A stretch of 64,000 nucleotides of DNA. Source: the human T2T-CHM13v2.0 reference genome, Homo sapiens. Both the position numbers and the translations under genes were made by a program. The stretch lies in the NCBI RefSeq assembly GCF_009914755.1, contig NC_060927.1; one strand, given 5' to 3'. Below, one piece after another: positions 45,980 through 59,100 of this stretch (position 1 is its first letter; the number at the start of each line of letters is the position of its first letter). The notes beneath the pieces are model-generated. The model had not been told where the DNA came from, searched no databases, and worked only from the letters and a program-made list of their open reading frames with translations.

Positions 45980-48740
45980 TTCTATCTAGTGAAGAAAATT
46001 AAGTGTCCAATGGCTACAGTTATGCTAATATGTAATGTAATATGTCCCTAAGAAATGACAAATATACCTAGACCATCTATTACCACTTGTCTACCCATGG
46101 ATCTCATGGACTCCAATCATGGAGAAGAGTCATCTGTGTAAAAGAAAGTGGTAGGAAGAAGTGAGGAATGAGAGTGAAGAGGGGAGAAAGAAACGCTGGA
46201 CAAGGACACAGAATTCATGAACCCTCAAAATGTGCTGGGTGTGCAGGTATCCAGGTTGCTTACCCATAAGTGCTTCTTTGATTTGCTCAGTTTTATATAT
46301 ACATTATTTTCCCTGCAAGAATCTTAGAATTTCAATACAGAACTATACCAAAGTCAGAGAAGAGTAAGAACTCTGAATCTCTGCTTTGTAAGTCTGTTCA
46401 TTTCTTTGCTTCGGTGATTTTCCAGTGTGAGGTTTTGTTTTGTTTTGCCCTTGGTTACTTAGTAAAGTCACTGTTTAAAAAATTCCAACCTTGTCTAAAC
46501 TAAACTAAGAAGAAAAGGAGGATTGTCCTTCTCTAGACGTGGCCGGCAGGAATTCCAGAGGCCCTGGACCAGCAGGGCATTCTGGTCACCACTGTGGTGC
46601 CAGCTGGAGGCCAGGAAAGAACCAGCATAGCCAGAGCAGGAGAAGAGGCCTCTGAAGACAAGGTGCCTCAGAGCTGGCTTGGACAAGACCGGAAAATCCC
46701 ATCAAAGAACCCATCTGCCCTCTTCATAACAACAGCGCTCTAAGACTTCCCCAGGTGATCACATTATGGAGATCATTTTAGTCTACCAGCAAACTGTTAG
46801 CTGGTTCCTTTTTTCAAAAAGAAATAATTTAAATTCTGTATTTGCAGAATTTTTAAAGATGAGATAGCTGTTGGTGTTTAGTACATTGCTAGAAACAGGA
46901 AGGAAAGATTTAAATGTTTAAAGAACCTGTTAGAGAATGCATTTTAAAAGACCTAAATGTTACTGGCCCCCTTCTTAGCCCTGTGTGCAGCATCTGTTAA
47001 GTATTTCGCACCTGAAAGCCCACAAAAGTTGTGGCTTCAAACCATTTAAAACAGAATAGTCAATGACAGAGCAGCCTTGCCTATGAGACACTGTGTGCTG
47101 GGGCTCTGGAATAAAGTATAGCTTCTGGAGCTTTTCTTCTCCCAGGCCAGATCGATGCCCTAGCATCACAAAGCCAAGGTTGCCAAAATCCACATATCTA
47201 TTTCGCTTGTTGCTGTGCCTGTGGGAGGGTCAAGCTGTGGAGCATGATGCATATTCAATATCTCCTTACTGCACTTGAGTGTCCGAGACTGACCGGGAGT
47301 ACTGTCAAGAACAATAAAAATTATGTGTACTTGAAAATTCCTTTGTTCCATAAAGAATTTTTACCTGTCCACAGCACAAAAAAAAAAAAAAAAGATAAGA
47401 AAAACAGCATTTAAATCAGAGGAAAGTCCTATCTCTCACCTACCGTTTGGAAGGAACCCTAAAATAGGTTAGCAGTAACTAGAAAGCAAATGAGAAAGTT
47501 CTTTGTAAAAATTTGAGAATATAACCCCAAATTAAATGAGCAGATGATTAGTTAATGCACCAGGATGTCTTATGCACACAAGATAATAAAAGCAATATTA
47601 AAATCAATAAACTATCAGTGTAACAAATGATATTTAATTTCAACTCTGGCCCATTTTTGAAAATTCACCAATGTTTATATGAAACACTTTTCCTGACCAC
47701 TTTCCTGCCTCAAGTAGCCCCTCATTTTAGCCATATGTTCACCAAGACTTTTATTTGTATTAAAAGTCTATTGAGTATATTTACAGTAATAATCATGTTC
47801 TTTATTGTATTCAAACTTGAAATATGGTTTTTTCTTTAAACTTCTGGTGTAGATTTTTATTATAAATACAGTAGTTCTTCAACCAAAAAAGGAAAGGACA
47901 CTCCAATGTAGTATACCTTGTCACTTCTGTATTGATAATGCCTGGGGAGTATCCCCATCACTCATGAACTTGCACAGAAACTGATACTCCCTTGTGAGAA
48001 GACTAATAATAAAAAAGAACAGCAAAAAAAAAAAAAGTTAGTGTTAATTGCTCTTGAAATGAAGAGCAAAGGTTATCCAGTTGCTATTTATAGATTTTTT
48101 CCTGGTTAAAATTTAATTACAAACCTATACAAACTAAACTTTAAACCTAATTTCTTATAGCGGAAAAGAAATTGTAAACATGAAGCATATTTCCACACTA
48201 ACAAATTAAGCATTTTCTCACTTAATCACATCTCCTTTAAGAAATAAATTCAAGAAAGGGGGAGTATATCCATATTTTAATAGAAATTTTAAAATGATTT
48301 TTATTTTCCTAAATCTGCCACAATGTGCTACTAAAACAATCAAGGCCTGAAAAAAATGCATGAGTCAATCAGTAACTAAGTATGTAAATGCATAAACCTG
48401 ATTGTATTGTTTTGAAGAAAACCAAATTAAAATTAACAAAAGTACACTTCCCTCTTTTAATACACAAAAGAAAATCTGTAATGAAAATCTTCCTTTTGTG
48501 TATAAAAACGATGTATCTTTGCTCTTTGAATTGCTTGTAAAGTTACTCTGAAAACAAAAACTTATTTGAAGATACTACATTTTTAAATTATAAACTATTT
48601 TTTGAAGAGGTATCTTTGTGACACAGTCGGGCAGTAATCAATTCTGTACTGCTGCACCATCTTTAGTAGTGTAATTACCAAATATGGGTTGCAACATGTA
48701 TTAAGGTGGTAAGCAGAATAAAGATAACAACAACAGAGTT

Positions 48741-48903
48741 GCAGTCCCAGCTACTTGGGAGGCTGAGGTGATAAGCAGGATCATCTGAGCCCAGCAGTTT
48801 CAGGCTGTAGTGAGCTATGATAGCATCACTGCATTCTAGCCTGACCTACAGAGTGAGACCCTGTCTATAAATAAATAAATAAATTAATTAATTAATTAAT
48901 TAA
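48741..48903 (+). mobile_element. Alu monomer (FRAM/AluJ right arm) with (TAAA)n(TTAA)n tail
   Basis: gtcccagctacttgggaggctgagg...gagtgagaccctgtct. Confidence 0.85.
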
Positions 48904-48978
48904 CAGTCTCTATAATTCTACTATTCTAGATAACTATTTTTAACTGCAATCTCAATAGCTTTGAAAATTAGTTTCATT

Positions 48979-49292
48979 GGCCAGGCGCGGTGGCTCACAC
49001 CTGCAATCCCAGCAGTTTGGGAAGCCGAGGGGGTTGGATCACGAGGTCAGGAGTTCAAGACCAGCCTAGCCAAGATGGTGAAACCCCATCTCTACTAAAA
49101 AAAAAAATACAAAAATTAGCTGGGCATGGTGGCGGGCACCTGTAATCCCAGCTTCTCAGGAGGCTGAGGCAGACAATTGCTTGAACCCGGGAGGCAGAGG
49201 TTGCAGTGAGCCGAGATCACGCCACTGCACTCCAGCCTGGGCGACAGAACGAGACTCTGTCTCAAAAAAAAAAAAAAAAAAGAAAAAAGAAA
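48979..49292 (+). mobile_element. AluS-like
   Basis: Full dimer; TSD gaaaattagtt on both sides. Confidence 0.95.
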
Positions 49293-49849
49293 GAAAATTA
49301 GTTCTGTTCAGTTCAGTTTGGGGAGGCAAGCATTCTACAACAAATGCAAATGAGTAAGATGTAAATTAAAAAGAATATGTCATTTTAAAAGCCACCAAAT
49401 TCTCAGTTTAGCCTAATTTATAGCAATGATTAAAGAAAAATAAAAATACTCATTGATAAACGTGCTAATTATTTCCTCCCAGGAGCTCAGCCACAAATTC
49501 ATAAGCAGGTTTCTAGAACAAATTTCTAGAATATACTCAAGCTCTGAAGAAGAAATATGCATCTCCTTTCCAACTAGCCATCAGTGTTTTTAATTCATTT
49601 TTGATCATGAGAACACTACTTACACCAAAGAACATGTCTTGATAGCTTCAAGTGCTGTGTTTAAAAAGATGTAACAGAGAAACTCTATGTTTGAACGCAA
49701 AACACCACAGGAATCACCGGCAAATTCTAAAATGAAAAACAGGTCTCTGAAATGCCCAGAGCCAGCTGCTACTGTCCAGAAGCCAGCTCCTTCCCACAGA
49801 GCAGCAGATCGGCATGAGCCACAACTTAAGTGGGAATGTCATCTCCTAA

Positions 49850-50175
49850 GGCAAGGTTCGGCAAAGTTTTTCTGTACAGGACCAGCTAGTCAATATCTCA
49901 GACTTTGCAGGCCTCATAGTCTCCGTAACTACTACTCAGCTCTGCCTTGTAGCACCAAAGCAGCCAGACAATAAGTAAACGAATGAATGTGGCTGAGAGC
50001 CAATAAAACTTTAATTTCATATAATTTTCATGTTTCATAATATATTATTCTCCTTTTGATATTTTTCAACCATTTAAAAATGTAAACATCTCTGTTAGTT
50101 CACAGACCACACAAACACAGGTAGCTGTTTGGGGTCTGCTAGATTTGGCCTATGGGCCATAATTTACCACTCTGG
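49850..50175. mobile_element. MER58B-like DNA transposon
   Basis: ctactcagctctgccttgtagcaccaaagcagccagacaataagtaaacgaatgaatgtggct. Confidence 0.75.
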
Positions 50176-52164
50176 CCTAGGGCCCAGTTTTCCTTCAGCC
50201 TGTGCCTACTCCTTTCTCCTCCTTTTACATAACCTGCAAATTATGCCTTTTCCCTTTTAGCAAAGCTTTCCTTTTGTTTCTCTAAGTCACTGATGGCCAG
50301 TTTCTGTTTCTTTCTCATAGGTCCCAAAAGTCCAAGAGAACAATTATGAGGTCAGGAAAGACAAGCACAGCCTGAAGAAGGGGCACAGGCCCCTCTTCTA
50401 CTGCTTTCCACCTATGTGAGCTTGTGCAAGGTATGTAACCATCCCAAATCTCCATTTCACCACCAATAAAAAAAATTATGGCACCCAACTACCTGAAAGT
50501 AATAGTGAAGGTGCCACTTTGTATTGAGTAAAGCAGGTAAAGCAGGAAATACAACCCGTGGAGAAGGGTTGCCAAACATGGTTCAGAAACAAGGCAGCAG
50601 ATATTTCACTTCTAAGCTGTTAAATCATGTAGCATATGGGTTCCCAAGCAGAGAAAGGAAGCTCAGTGAATTCAGATAAAGTTCTGGGGGAAGAAGAAAC
50701 TAGCAACCTCATTGACTGCACGCTACTTTTCATAATTCTCAGAACAGGCCAGAAACTCAGTAAGCAAAACCTGAGAATGTCTGTGGCAAAACAACAGTGT
50801 AGATACTGAAGAGCATAAAAATGAATAAAACTCAGCCCTTCACTTTGAAGAGTTTACAATTTATTAAACATAAGGACCTATAGTACAAAGTAAATATGAT
50901 TTGTATAAACCAGCTACATTAAGAAGTTAAAAATAAAAAGAACCAAACAAAAATAGCCAGGAGAAGAATTTCCTAGGAGCTAGACTTAAACAATAAACAG
51001 GATTTCAAAAAACTAAAAAGGAAGGAACAGAAATTTGAGAGTGCTATTCATGCACATATCTAGGATTACAGGACATGCGGATTCTCAATTCCAGTAGATA
51101 TTATTAAATTGTTCTCCAAAGACACTGTGCTTCCATCAACGGTCAATTCCCATCCTGACATTTGGTACAATCAGAGTTTATTTTAAGATGCTTTGTCCCA
51201 TGTGTTGGATAGAAAAGGGTAGCTCAATTTAATTTTCATTTCTTGTCTTCACATTCTCTATAGTAGTTTTATATGTCTGTTGTCATGTGAAATAAAAGGC
51301 ACAGTCTGTTTATGGATGATATGTCATTCTGTGTGGCTGAAGCACAGAATACAGAAAGTACAGAGGACAAGACCCTCTCTCTTCCAGAGGTTTCTCCAGG
51401 CCCTTGCTCTTTTCCTCTCCACCCCATAAATTGCTGGTTTGCATCAGTAGATAGGGACAAACCTTTCCTTTTTTCCTTGAATGTACCACAGTAAATTAGA
51501 GAGTTTATAAATGAATGAATGTGGTAGAAAAATACTGGTCTTGACAGAAACATTTGAAACCATTTCCTTTGTTTTTGCCCAAAACTTGGTTTCTGCCCAG
51601 TTTGGATCATAGAATAGTAAGGTGCCTCAGAAAACACACACAAATTTTATCCAGGTCTGGAGACATGACGGCAAAGACTTGGCAGGAATACATCCACCTT
51701 CTCCTTATCCCATCTAGAAGGCAGAAAGGGCAGGAAAGATAAATCAGGGTATGAACCTGATTTACTGGCACTGATTAAGAAGGTTCTGCCTCTGAAAGCT
51801 CCCATAAGGATATAATTTTCAGGTAACAATTCCTATACGTTATTTTCAGAGAAAATGATTATTTTAGCCAAAATCTTATTTAGTCTTTCCATGCTAAGAA
51901 TAAAGTGGCAACCAAAAGGAATCAATACAGCACACAGAACTCTCAAAAATTTAACAAAAATCTATGTTCTCAACTCTGGTCAACAAAGCACCAGAGCTAG
52001 GAAAAACTACACTCCAAAAATTGATGAATGTGTATCACATTCCCAACTACAGTGGGTAAACTGAAAATCACTATAAATATTTGTTTTCAAAAATAATTTG
52101 CTGTTATCATTCCAGTAACACTATAATGCCATATTGCCTCAAATACAAATAGATTAGTCTAATC

Positions 52165-52370
52165 CAGTGATTCTTAACCCTGGGCAATTTTGTCCCTCTG
52201 GGGACATTAGGCCTTTTTTTTTTTTTTTTGGTGCTCAGATTAGAAAGGTTATACTACTGGCATCTAGTGCACAGAGGTTAAGGATACTGCTAAACATCAA
52301 TGCACAGGATAGTCCCTCAAAGCAAAGAAGTGTCTGGCTCAAAATGTCAATAGGGCCAAGAAATTGTGAT
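52165..52370. mobile_element. MER20 hAT MITE
   Basis: cagtgattcttaaccctgggcaattttgtccctctggggaca...ctactggcatctagtg. Confidence 0.75.
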
Positions 52371-54231
52371 TTAAACCATTTCTTCTTGGTTAGCTGGGAC
52401 ATGTTGACAAATATACAGGGTTAGAGATGATAAGCACTCTTCTTAAAGAACTATTAAGCTAGACAATTTAGGGTCCTATAGAAGATCTTGATATTTATGT
52501 CAACGAATAAGCTTCTATTTAGTAATTTTCAGTTGAAATATGTAAAGAATAAAATAGACCACAGTCCATGATTCTGCCCACTTTATCAAGCAGTTTACCT
52601 CTACATTTATTAGTTTATCACATAACCTATGAGAACACCTACCTACACCGAAATTTGTAATCAAACTGACTACTGCTGGCTTCACCTATCACAAATTAGT
52701 ATTTTCCCACATTTCGACCCTAACCGAATTCTCCATGCCTGCTTACCAAGTGACCAGTCCTCAGATTTAAACAGTGGGTTTCATGTGGTCGTTTCCTGAG
52801 GAAACTTTCATACCTAAAATTCTCTTTCTCTGATATCACAATCCATTAAAAGTTTACTGTCCAGTTCCATGAAATTTAAAATCCAGAGTGAGAAGGGAAT
52901 TTGATTTTGACTATAAATATAAAGGCAGATACAAAGGGATGTCCTCTATTAAAAAGTTAGGGGTGTTGGCAATGAAGTGGAATAAAATATACAAAGGCCA
53001 AAGAGGCCTCTCTAAATATTACAAAGTCCTTAGAGGTTATTTTATTTCCCAGTTAAAGTCTCCTTGGGTGTTTCAACAAAGAAAGACATTTTTCTGGGGA
53101 AGGCTTTTTGTTCTGTTTTTCCTTTTTAAATTTCTCTGCTTCCAAATTTGCTGAAAGTATTTATTTTCTACTTTCCAGATATTATGTTAGAAGAAATATT
53201 TTTAAATTATGCAAAAGTTTAGTTCAAATTTAGAGGAATCACACGGGTTCAGAAATCCATTTTTAAATGGTCACATATACCTAACAGAAAGAAAAGCATC
53301 CTGTAACTGATAGAAATCCATCTGAATGCTGAAGTTTCTCAAGCTAACAAAGCAAGCACTGTTTTGTAGAAAGATAGGCAGTTCAGCCTGCTGACGCTTT
53401 CTGAAACACTTAAAGATGAAGACAAAACTATCGCTACATGGATTAGCTGGACTGCAAACCAAATGTCACTTTCTGAATGTAACTCTGAAATAGAAATTTC
53501 TGTCCTTAGGCTTAAGAAAAGTTCAAGTAGAAAAGCACTCTATTATAAACTTGGGGGAAAAAATGGTGCCAAGATGACTTAACAAAAAACAAAACAAAAC
53601 AAAAAGGACATTAGAAGGTCATTTAAATGCAAGATCTAATTTCAGAGAGTTGAGCACAAAGAGCACAAATGTGGAAAACTCCAAGGATTTTTCATGTGCC
53701 ACAAAAGGCAGCAAAGCATGTTTAGACAGACGTGGTGAAACTCTCTTTAATCTGGCTAAATATAAAACGTTTTGTTTTACACAGCTTCTGAAAACGAGAG
53801 ACAGCACCGGGCTCAAGAAAAGGGTAGGTAAGGGGAGCAGCTGTGTGTCCACAGCTTCCCCTTCAGATCCCAAAGGAAGAAAGCTGCCGCCTGGAGGTAC
53901 TGGGTAGCCAGGCAGCCTTACTGAAAACAACTAAGGTTTTCGAGCGAGCGTTGTTTTTGGCAAGAGGGAGGTGTTACCGGCTGCTTCCTGGGGTGCTGGA
54001 AGGAATGTGTCACCATCAATTAGAAAGTACACTAAGCCCCGTGTTTAGGTCACAGAAGGAGTACTGCCTCGTCCATCAAGGATAAATCCATGCCAACTCT
54101 CGGAAAGGAGGGGAAAGGAGAGCTGCAGGAAAGGTGTTGGTGCCCATGACCTGCAAGTCCAAAAGGAAACTCCAACTTGTTCTGCAGGGAAATTCGGGCA
54201 CGCTGAGTTCACCGAGAACTCCAAGGAGTCA

Positions 54232-54855
<624 letters not shown>

Positions 54856-54876
54856 TCAGCTCGCCCTCCTGGGCCC

Positions 54877-55477
54877 CACGTCTGGACTGTTTGCTCAGCG
54901 CGGACGCTATTTAAGGAGCTGCCTGCGGCTACGTGTGGAGGCTCACGCAGCGCTTCTGGCTGGAACGGGGAAGCCTGCACTTAGCTTTGGGAGTGGGTTT
55001 GGGAGAGGGAGGAGGAGCCGCCGGGAGTCTGGCGGGAGGGCGGTGTTCCCGTCTGGGTTCCTCTCTGCTGTCCCAGCCCCGGTAGCTTCCACAGCAGCCT
55101 CGAAGGGTGAGAATTTGCTCTTCTATGGACTTGGATACTCCACCCAGTCTGAAGTGACTGCAAATCTGCGGCAATCTTGGCTGACTGGGACCTCGCCAGA
55201 CTCTTAAGCCATGGAAATGGATCGCCCCTCATTAATTCAGGGGCAGGTTCATCACCCTGTAAAAGGAAGGCCGTGATTTTATTTTACTCCGTAAACCGAA
55301 AGTTTTATTGTCCAGTGAACATTTCTTGCTCCGCCGCTTGTGCCAAGAGAGCCTTAGACTCTTTCCAGTAATGAGGCTTGTAAATCCTGCGGAATCGGAG
55401 CCCAACGTGTGTAATGCCGGGGCTGTGCTTACAAGATCGTGCTCCAGTCCGCATGGAAAATTACTCCCAAAGACGTG
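54877..55477. promoter_or_regulatory. Cluster of HRE cores (ACGTG at 54877-54881 minus; 54931-54935, 55405-55409, 55473-55477 plus)
   Basis: Motifs seen directly. PLOD2 is an established HIF-1 target; which sites are used cannot be told from sequence. Confidence 0.5.
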
Positions 55478-56699
55478 GTCGGAGAGGTCGAGATCTCTGA
55501 GCCTTGGCCCCCACTGCTTCCACTTTTGACTGATGTCTAAGAAAATTCCCTTTTTTCTGTTCTCACATTTTAACTAGCCAAGGGTTTAACTTGTTGGAAT
55601 GAGTGGGAGCAAAAGCACAATTAAGAAAAAAGCTTGACAGTTTTGCCTCATACATTTAATGACATAAGCTATTTTATAGGAGAAAGAGAACCAAACTGCT
55701 ACCATTCTGGAATCTCCTGCCTAAATTTTCGTGAAATTAGAAAAAAACAGAATCGAGACAACACCCGTTATAACTCTGGGCCTTTGAAATTAAGACAGAA
55801 AATTATGGAAAAATGTGTTCCATTATGATCACGTTTTGTCTAAAATTAACATATCAAGATAACATGAACTTAATGCTTTCATCTTGATAGCATTAAAAAC
55901 AGGTGGAAAACCCTGCAAAGAAATCTTGCCTGGGATGTGACATTTTAGAAAGAATCATTTCCTGTGCCCAGAACTAAGCCAGTTATTACTCTGTTTTGAA
56001 GGTTTGGTCTCAGTTTTTTAAAAGAAGAGGAAAACTGGAGAAAGTTCTGAGAAGAGTAACAAATAATTAAAGAAGTGGAAACTATGACCTGTGAGAAGAA
56101 TGAAATAAGGTTTATTTAGTCTGAAGGGGAAAAAAAAAGCTAAAAGATGGATTCCTTAATAACAGCCTTTCATGTGTGGCAAGTACAGCTTCATAAAACT
56201 AGGCACAAAGCAAACAGCATCAGTCCTCTGAGTCCAAGGACTCTGCTAGGAATGGCTGGTGTTTTGGCCAGATCTGTCTCCAGAAAGCCAAACCTGCAAT
56301 TGCCAAACTCCTTGAACTTGACTTCTTGCTTCCTTGGTTCTCCAGTATCTTTAAGAACTTGGAGAGCTACAACCTGGCTTCCTGCCCTCCCAAACCCCCG
56401 TTCCCCTCATGAATGCTTACCGGCTTCTCTGCATCACAGGTGTGTGTGTGTGTTTAAACTCCAAAAGTCCACTAATAATTTCAGGTTATTTTGACATTCT
56501 TCCTTCTCTGTTAAGAGTCACAACATCTGTGCTGTGAGACTCGTATAAAGCAAGTGTTGGGATTTTCAAATACCTAGACATTTCTAACAGTCTGAAAGAG
56601 CCCCAATTCTCAAACCAAATCCTTCCTGCTTTCTTACATTTCCAGCCATCTGCTGAACATTTCTACTTGGATGTTCCATTGGCAAAAACTCGATATGTC

Positions 56700-57009
56700 T
56701 TTTTTTTTTTTTTTGAGACAGTCTCGCTCTTTTGCCTAGGCTAGAGTGCGGTGGTGCGATATCCCCTCACTGCAAGCTCCCTCCGCCTCCCGGGTTCACA
56801 CCATTCTCCTGCCTCAGCCTCCTGAGTAGCTGGGACTACAGGCGCTCGCCACCAGGCCCGGCTAATTTTTTTTTTTTTTTTTTGTATTTTTAGTCGAAAC
56901 GGGGTTTCACCGTGTTAGCCAGGATGGTCTCGATCTCCTGACCTCGTGATCCGCCCGCCTCGGCCTCCCAAAGTGTTGGGATTACAGGCGTGAGCCACCA
57001 AGCCCGGCC
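56700..57009 (-). mobile_element. AluY-like inserted in an L2 fragment
   Basis: gcaagctcc, ttcacaccattctcc and gttagccaggatggtctcgatctcc diagnostics; TSD gatatgtc(tttt) at 56692 and 57011. Confidence 0.95.
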
Positions 57010-57499
57010 TGATATGTCTTTTAACTCATCAAATCCAGATCCCACTCGGCTCCCTCATCTCTGTTGATACTACTGCTCTCTAACTCATATGGCCTCAGAC
57101 ATTTTTACTTCTCTCTTTCCATCCCCCACACCCGCCAACTCACAGAGCCGGACTCCAAATCTTGTCATTTTTTCCCTTCATGTTCTCTCTTCATCTATTC
57201 CTTTCCATTCTCACTGCTACCTCACTAACTAATGCACTCTTGAGTGTATCCTATGCCATTTCCTGTAGACTTTCCCTACCACCAGTGTAATACCACTATA
57301 TACCACAACTAGATTAATCATACTCAGATATCCTTTTGATTGCTTCATCCCCAAACAGATTTCATAACAGATTTGGAAACAATCCACATTCCCTAACCTA
57401 GTATTCAGATTCCTTCATGCCAAACTAAACCCAACCAACGTAGTTTGCTTTATTATCTCCTAAAGCAGACCAAATACTTTGTCACTTTAATTCTCTAAA

Positions 57500-57920
57500 G
57501 TTTAGGTAGGAATCATTTGGGTTCCTCTGAAGCCCAAGCATGAGCCCAAATTCAGTGACTAGCGGTTTGTGGAGAGTTTTGAGAAAACCAGATAGGTGAA
57601 GCTAAAATGACACAGGAAAGGGAAAATATCCAATTAAATCAACCACAGTGGGTAATGGGAGCTTAATCCCACAAAATTGATGTACTATATATCACTCAAA
57701 AATATCCTGGTCAATGGGTCAGAGAACTGGGATATATATTCCCAACACCTATCAGTCATTGACTTAAGGGCTGAGGGACACTCATTAATTCCCAGGCATT
57801 CCCAACCTGCTATGGTAGCAGCCACTCTGATGATGTAACTCTTGATCATAAGAAGTCAGGGTGACATGCTCAGAAATGGTAAGGAAATTTGAGGAGAAAT
57901 GAGAGAAGCAGCATTTGCTC
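57500..57920. mobile_element. Old ERVL-class LTR fragment (family uncertain)
   Basis: ...gaactgggatatatattcccaacacctatcagtcattgacttaagggctg. Confidence 0.4.
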
Positions 57921-58234
57921 AGCAACCATACCTTTGTTCATGTTATCCCTATATCTAAAAAAAAAAAGGATGACAAAACCTGTCCTCCTTCCTTCATTGG
58001 GCTAATGTCTGTCAAGCTCAAGTGCCACCTCCTACAGGAAGCCCAACTGGGGTAACTTACCCTACCTCAGGATGGGTTTAGATGTCCCTGTTCCATGATT
58101 TCTAACTTCTGAAGCAAACCTCTCTCATTTGTGACAGGGTCTTTTCTTAGAATTATTATTAGACAGTGTGTCTGTTAAGGTCAGGATTCAATTATTTTTC
58201 ATCATCAAAGAGTAAGTACCATAGTAGCACATTT

Positions 58235-59100
58235 GTTTATTCATTGATTCATTCAAAAAATATTCCATGACTACTATATCTCAGGCATTGTTCTAGATAG
58301 ATATTGGTAAAAACAAATTTATTAGTGACAGAAAAAACAAAAATCTACTGTGCTTTAGTTTCAGGTGAAACAGAGATAAACATATAAGGTAATAAGTGGT
58401 AGAGAGAAAGTAAATCAGGAAAGGTAACTGGGAAGGACCAATAAGGAGGGGAGGTATACCAAAACCTTAGTAAGGGATCCTGGGAAAGCCCCACTGAGAA
58501 GACGATTCTTGAGCAAAGACCTGAAAGTGGTGAGAAAAAGAGGGGGCCAGGATGTACAGGGGACCTGTGTTCCAGGCAGAAGAAACAGGAAGTGCAAGGA
58601 CTGTGAGACCAGAAATACCTGGAGTGTTGTGAGGAAGCAAGAGGGCAATTGAATGTTCAGTGACTGTGCATAAGAATAGTAGGAGATGAAGCCTGAGAAG
58701 GTAACAAGCAGGGCGGAGGCAAGCAGATAAACAGACAGTGTGATAAGGGTAGAACCTAGTAACAGCTTTGTCCTTTACCCTGGATGAATTGAAAAGCCAT
58801 TTGGATGGTTCTAAGCAGAGCAGTGACATGATCTGAAGTAGGATTTAAAAAGGATCACAGAGTCCACAGCTGCCACATTAGAGGAAGATAAGGGAGAGTG
58901 AGTGGAGAAATAAAACAGAAAGTCTGTAGACCTGTAGACCAACTTGAAAGCTAATGCAGTGGTCCAGGAGAGAGATGACGGAGGCTTTAAGCAAGTCAGT
59001 AGCAGTAAATGAAGGTCAATTTCCAGATAGATTTGAATGTAGAGTCAACAAAATTTGATGTCTGAATGTGGGCGTAGGAGAGAAAAAGGAGTCAACGAAT
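58235..59100. mobile_element. L2 fragment
   Basis: ttcattcaaaaaatatt...gagcaaagacctgaa...gcagagcagtgacatgatctga...aaaggatcac. Confidence 0.7.
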
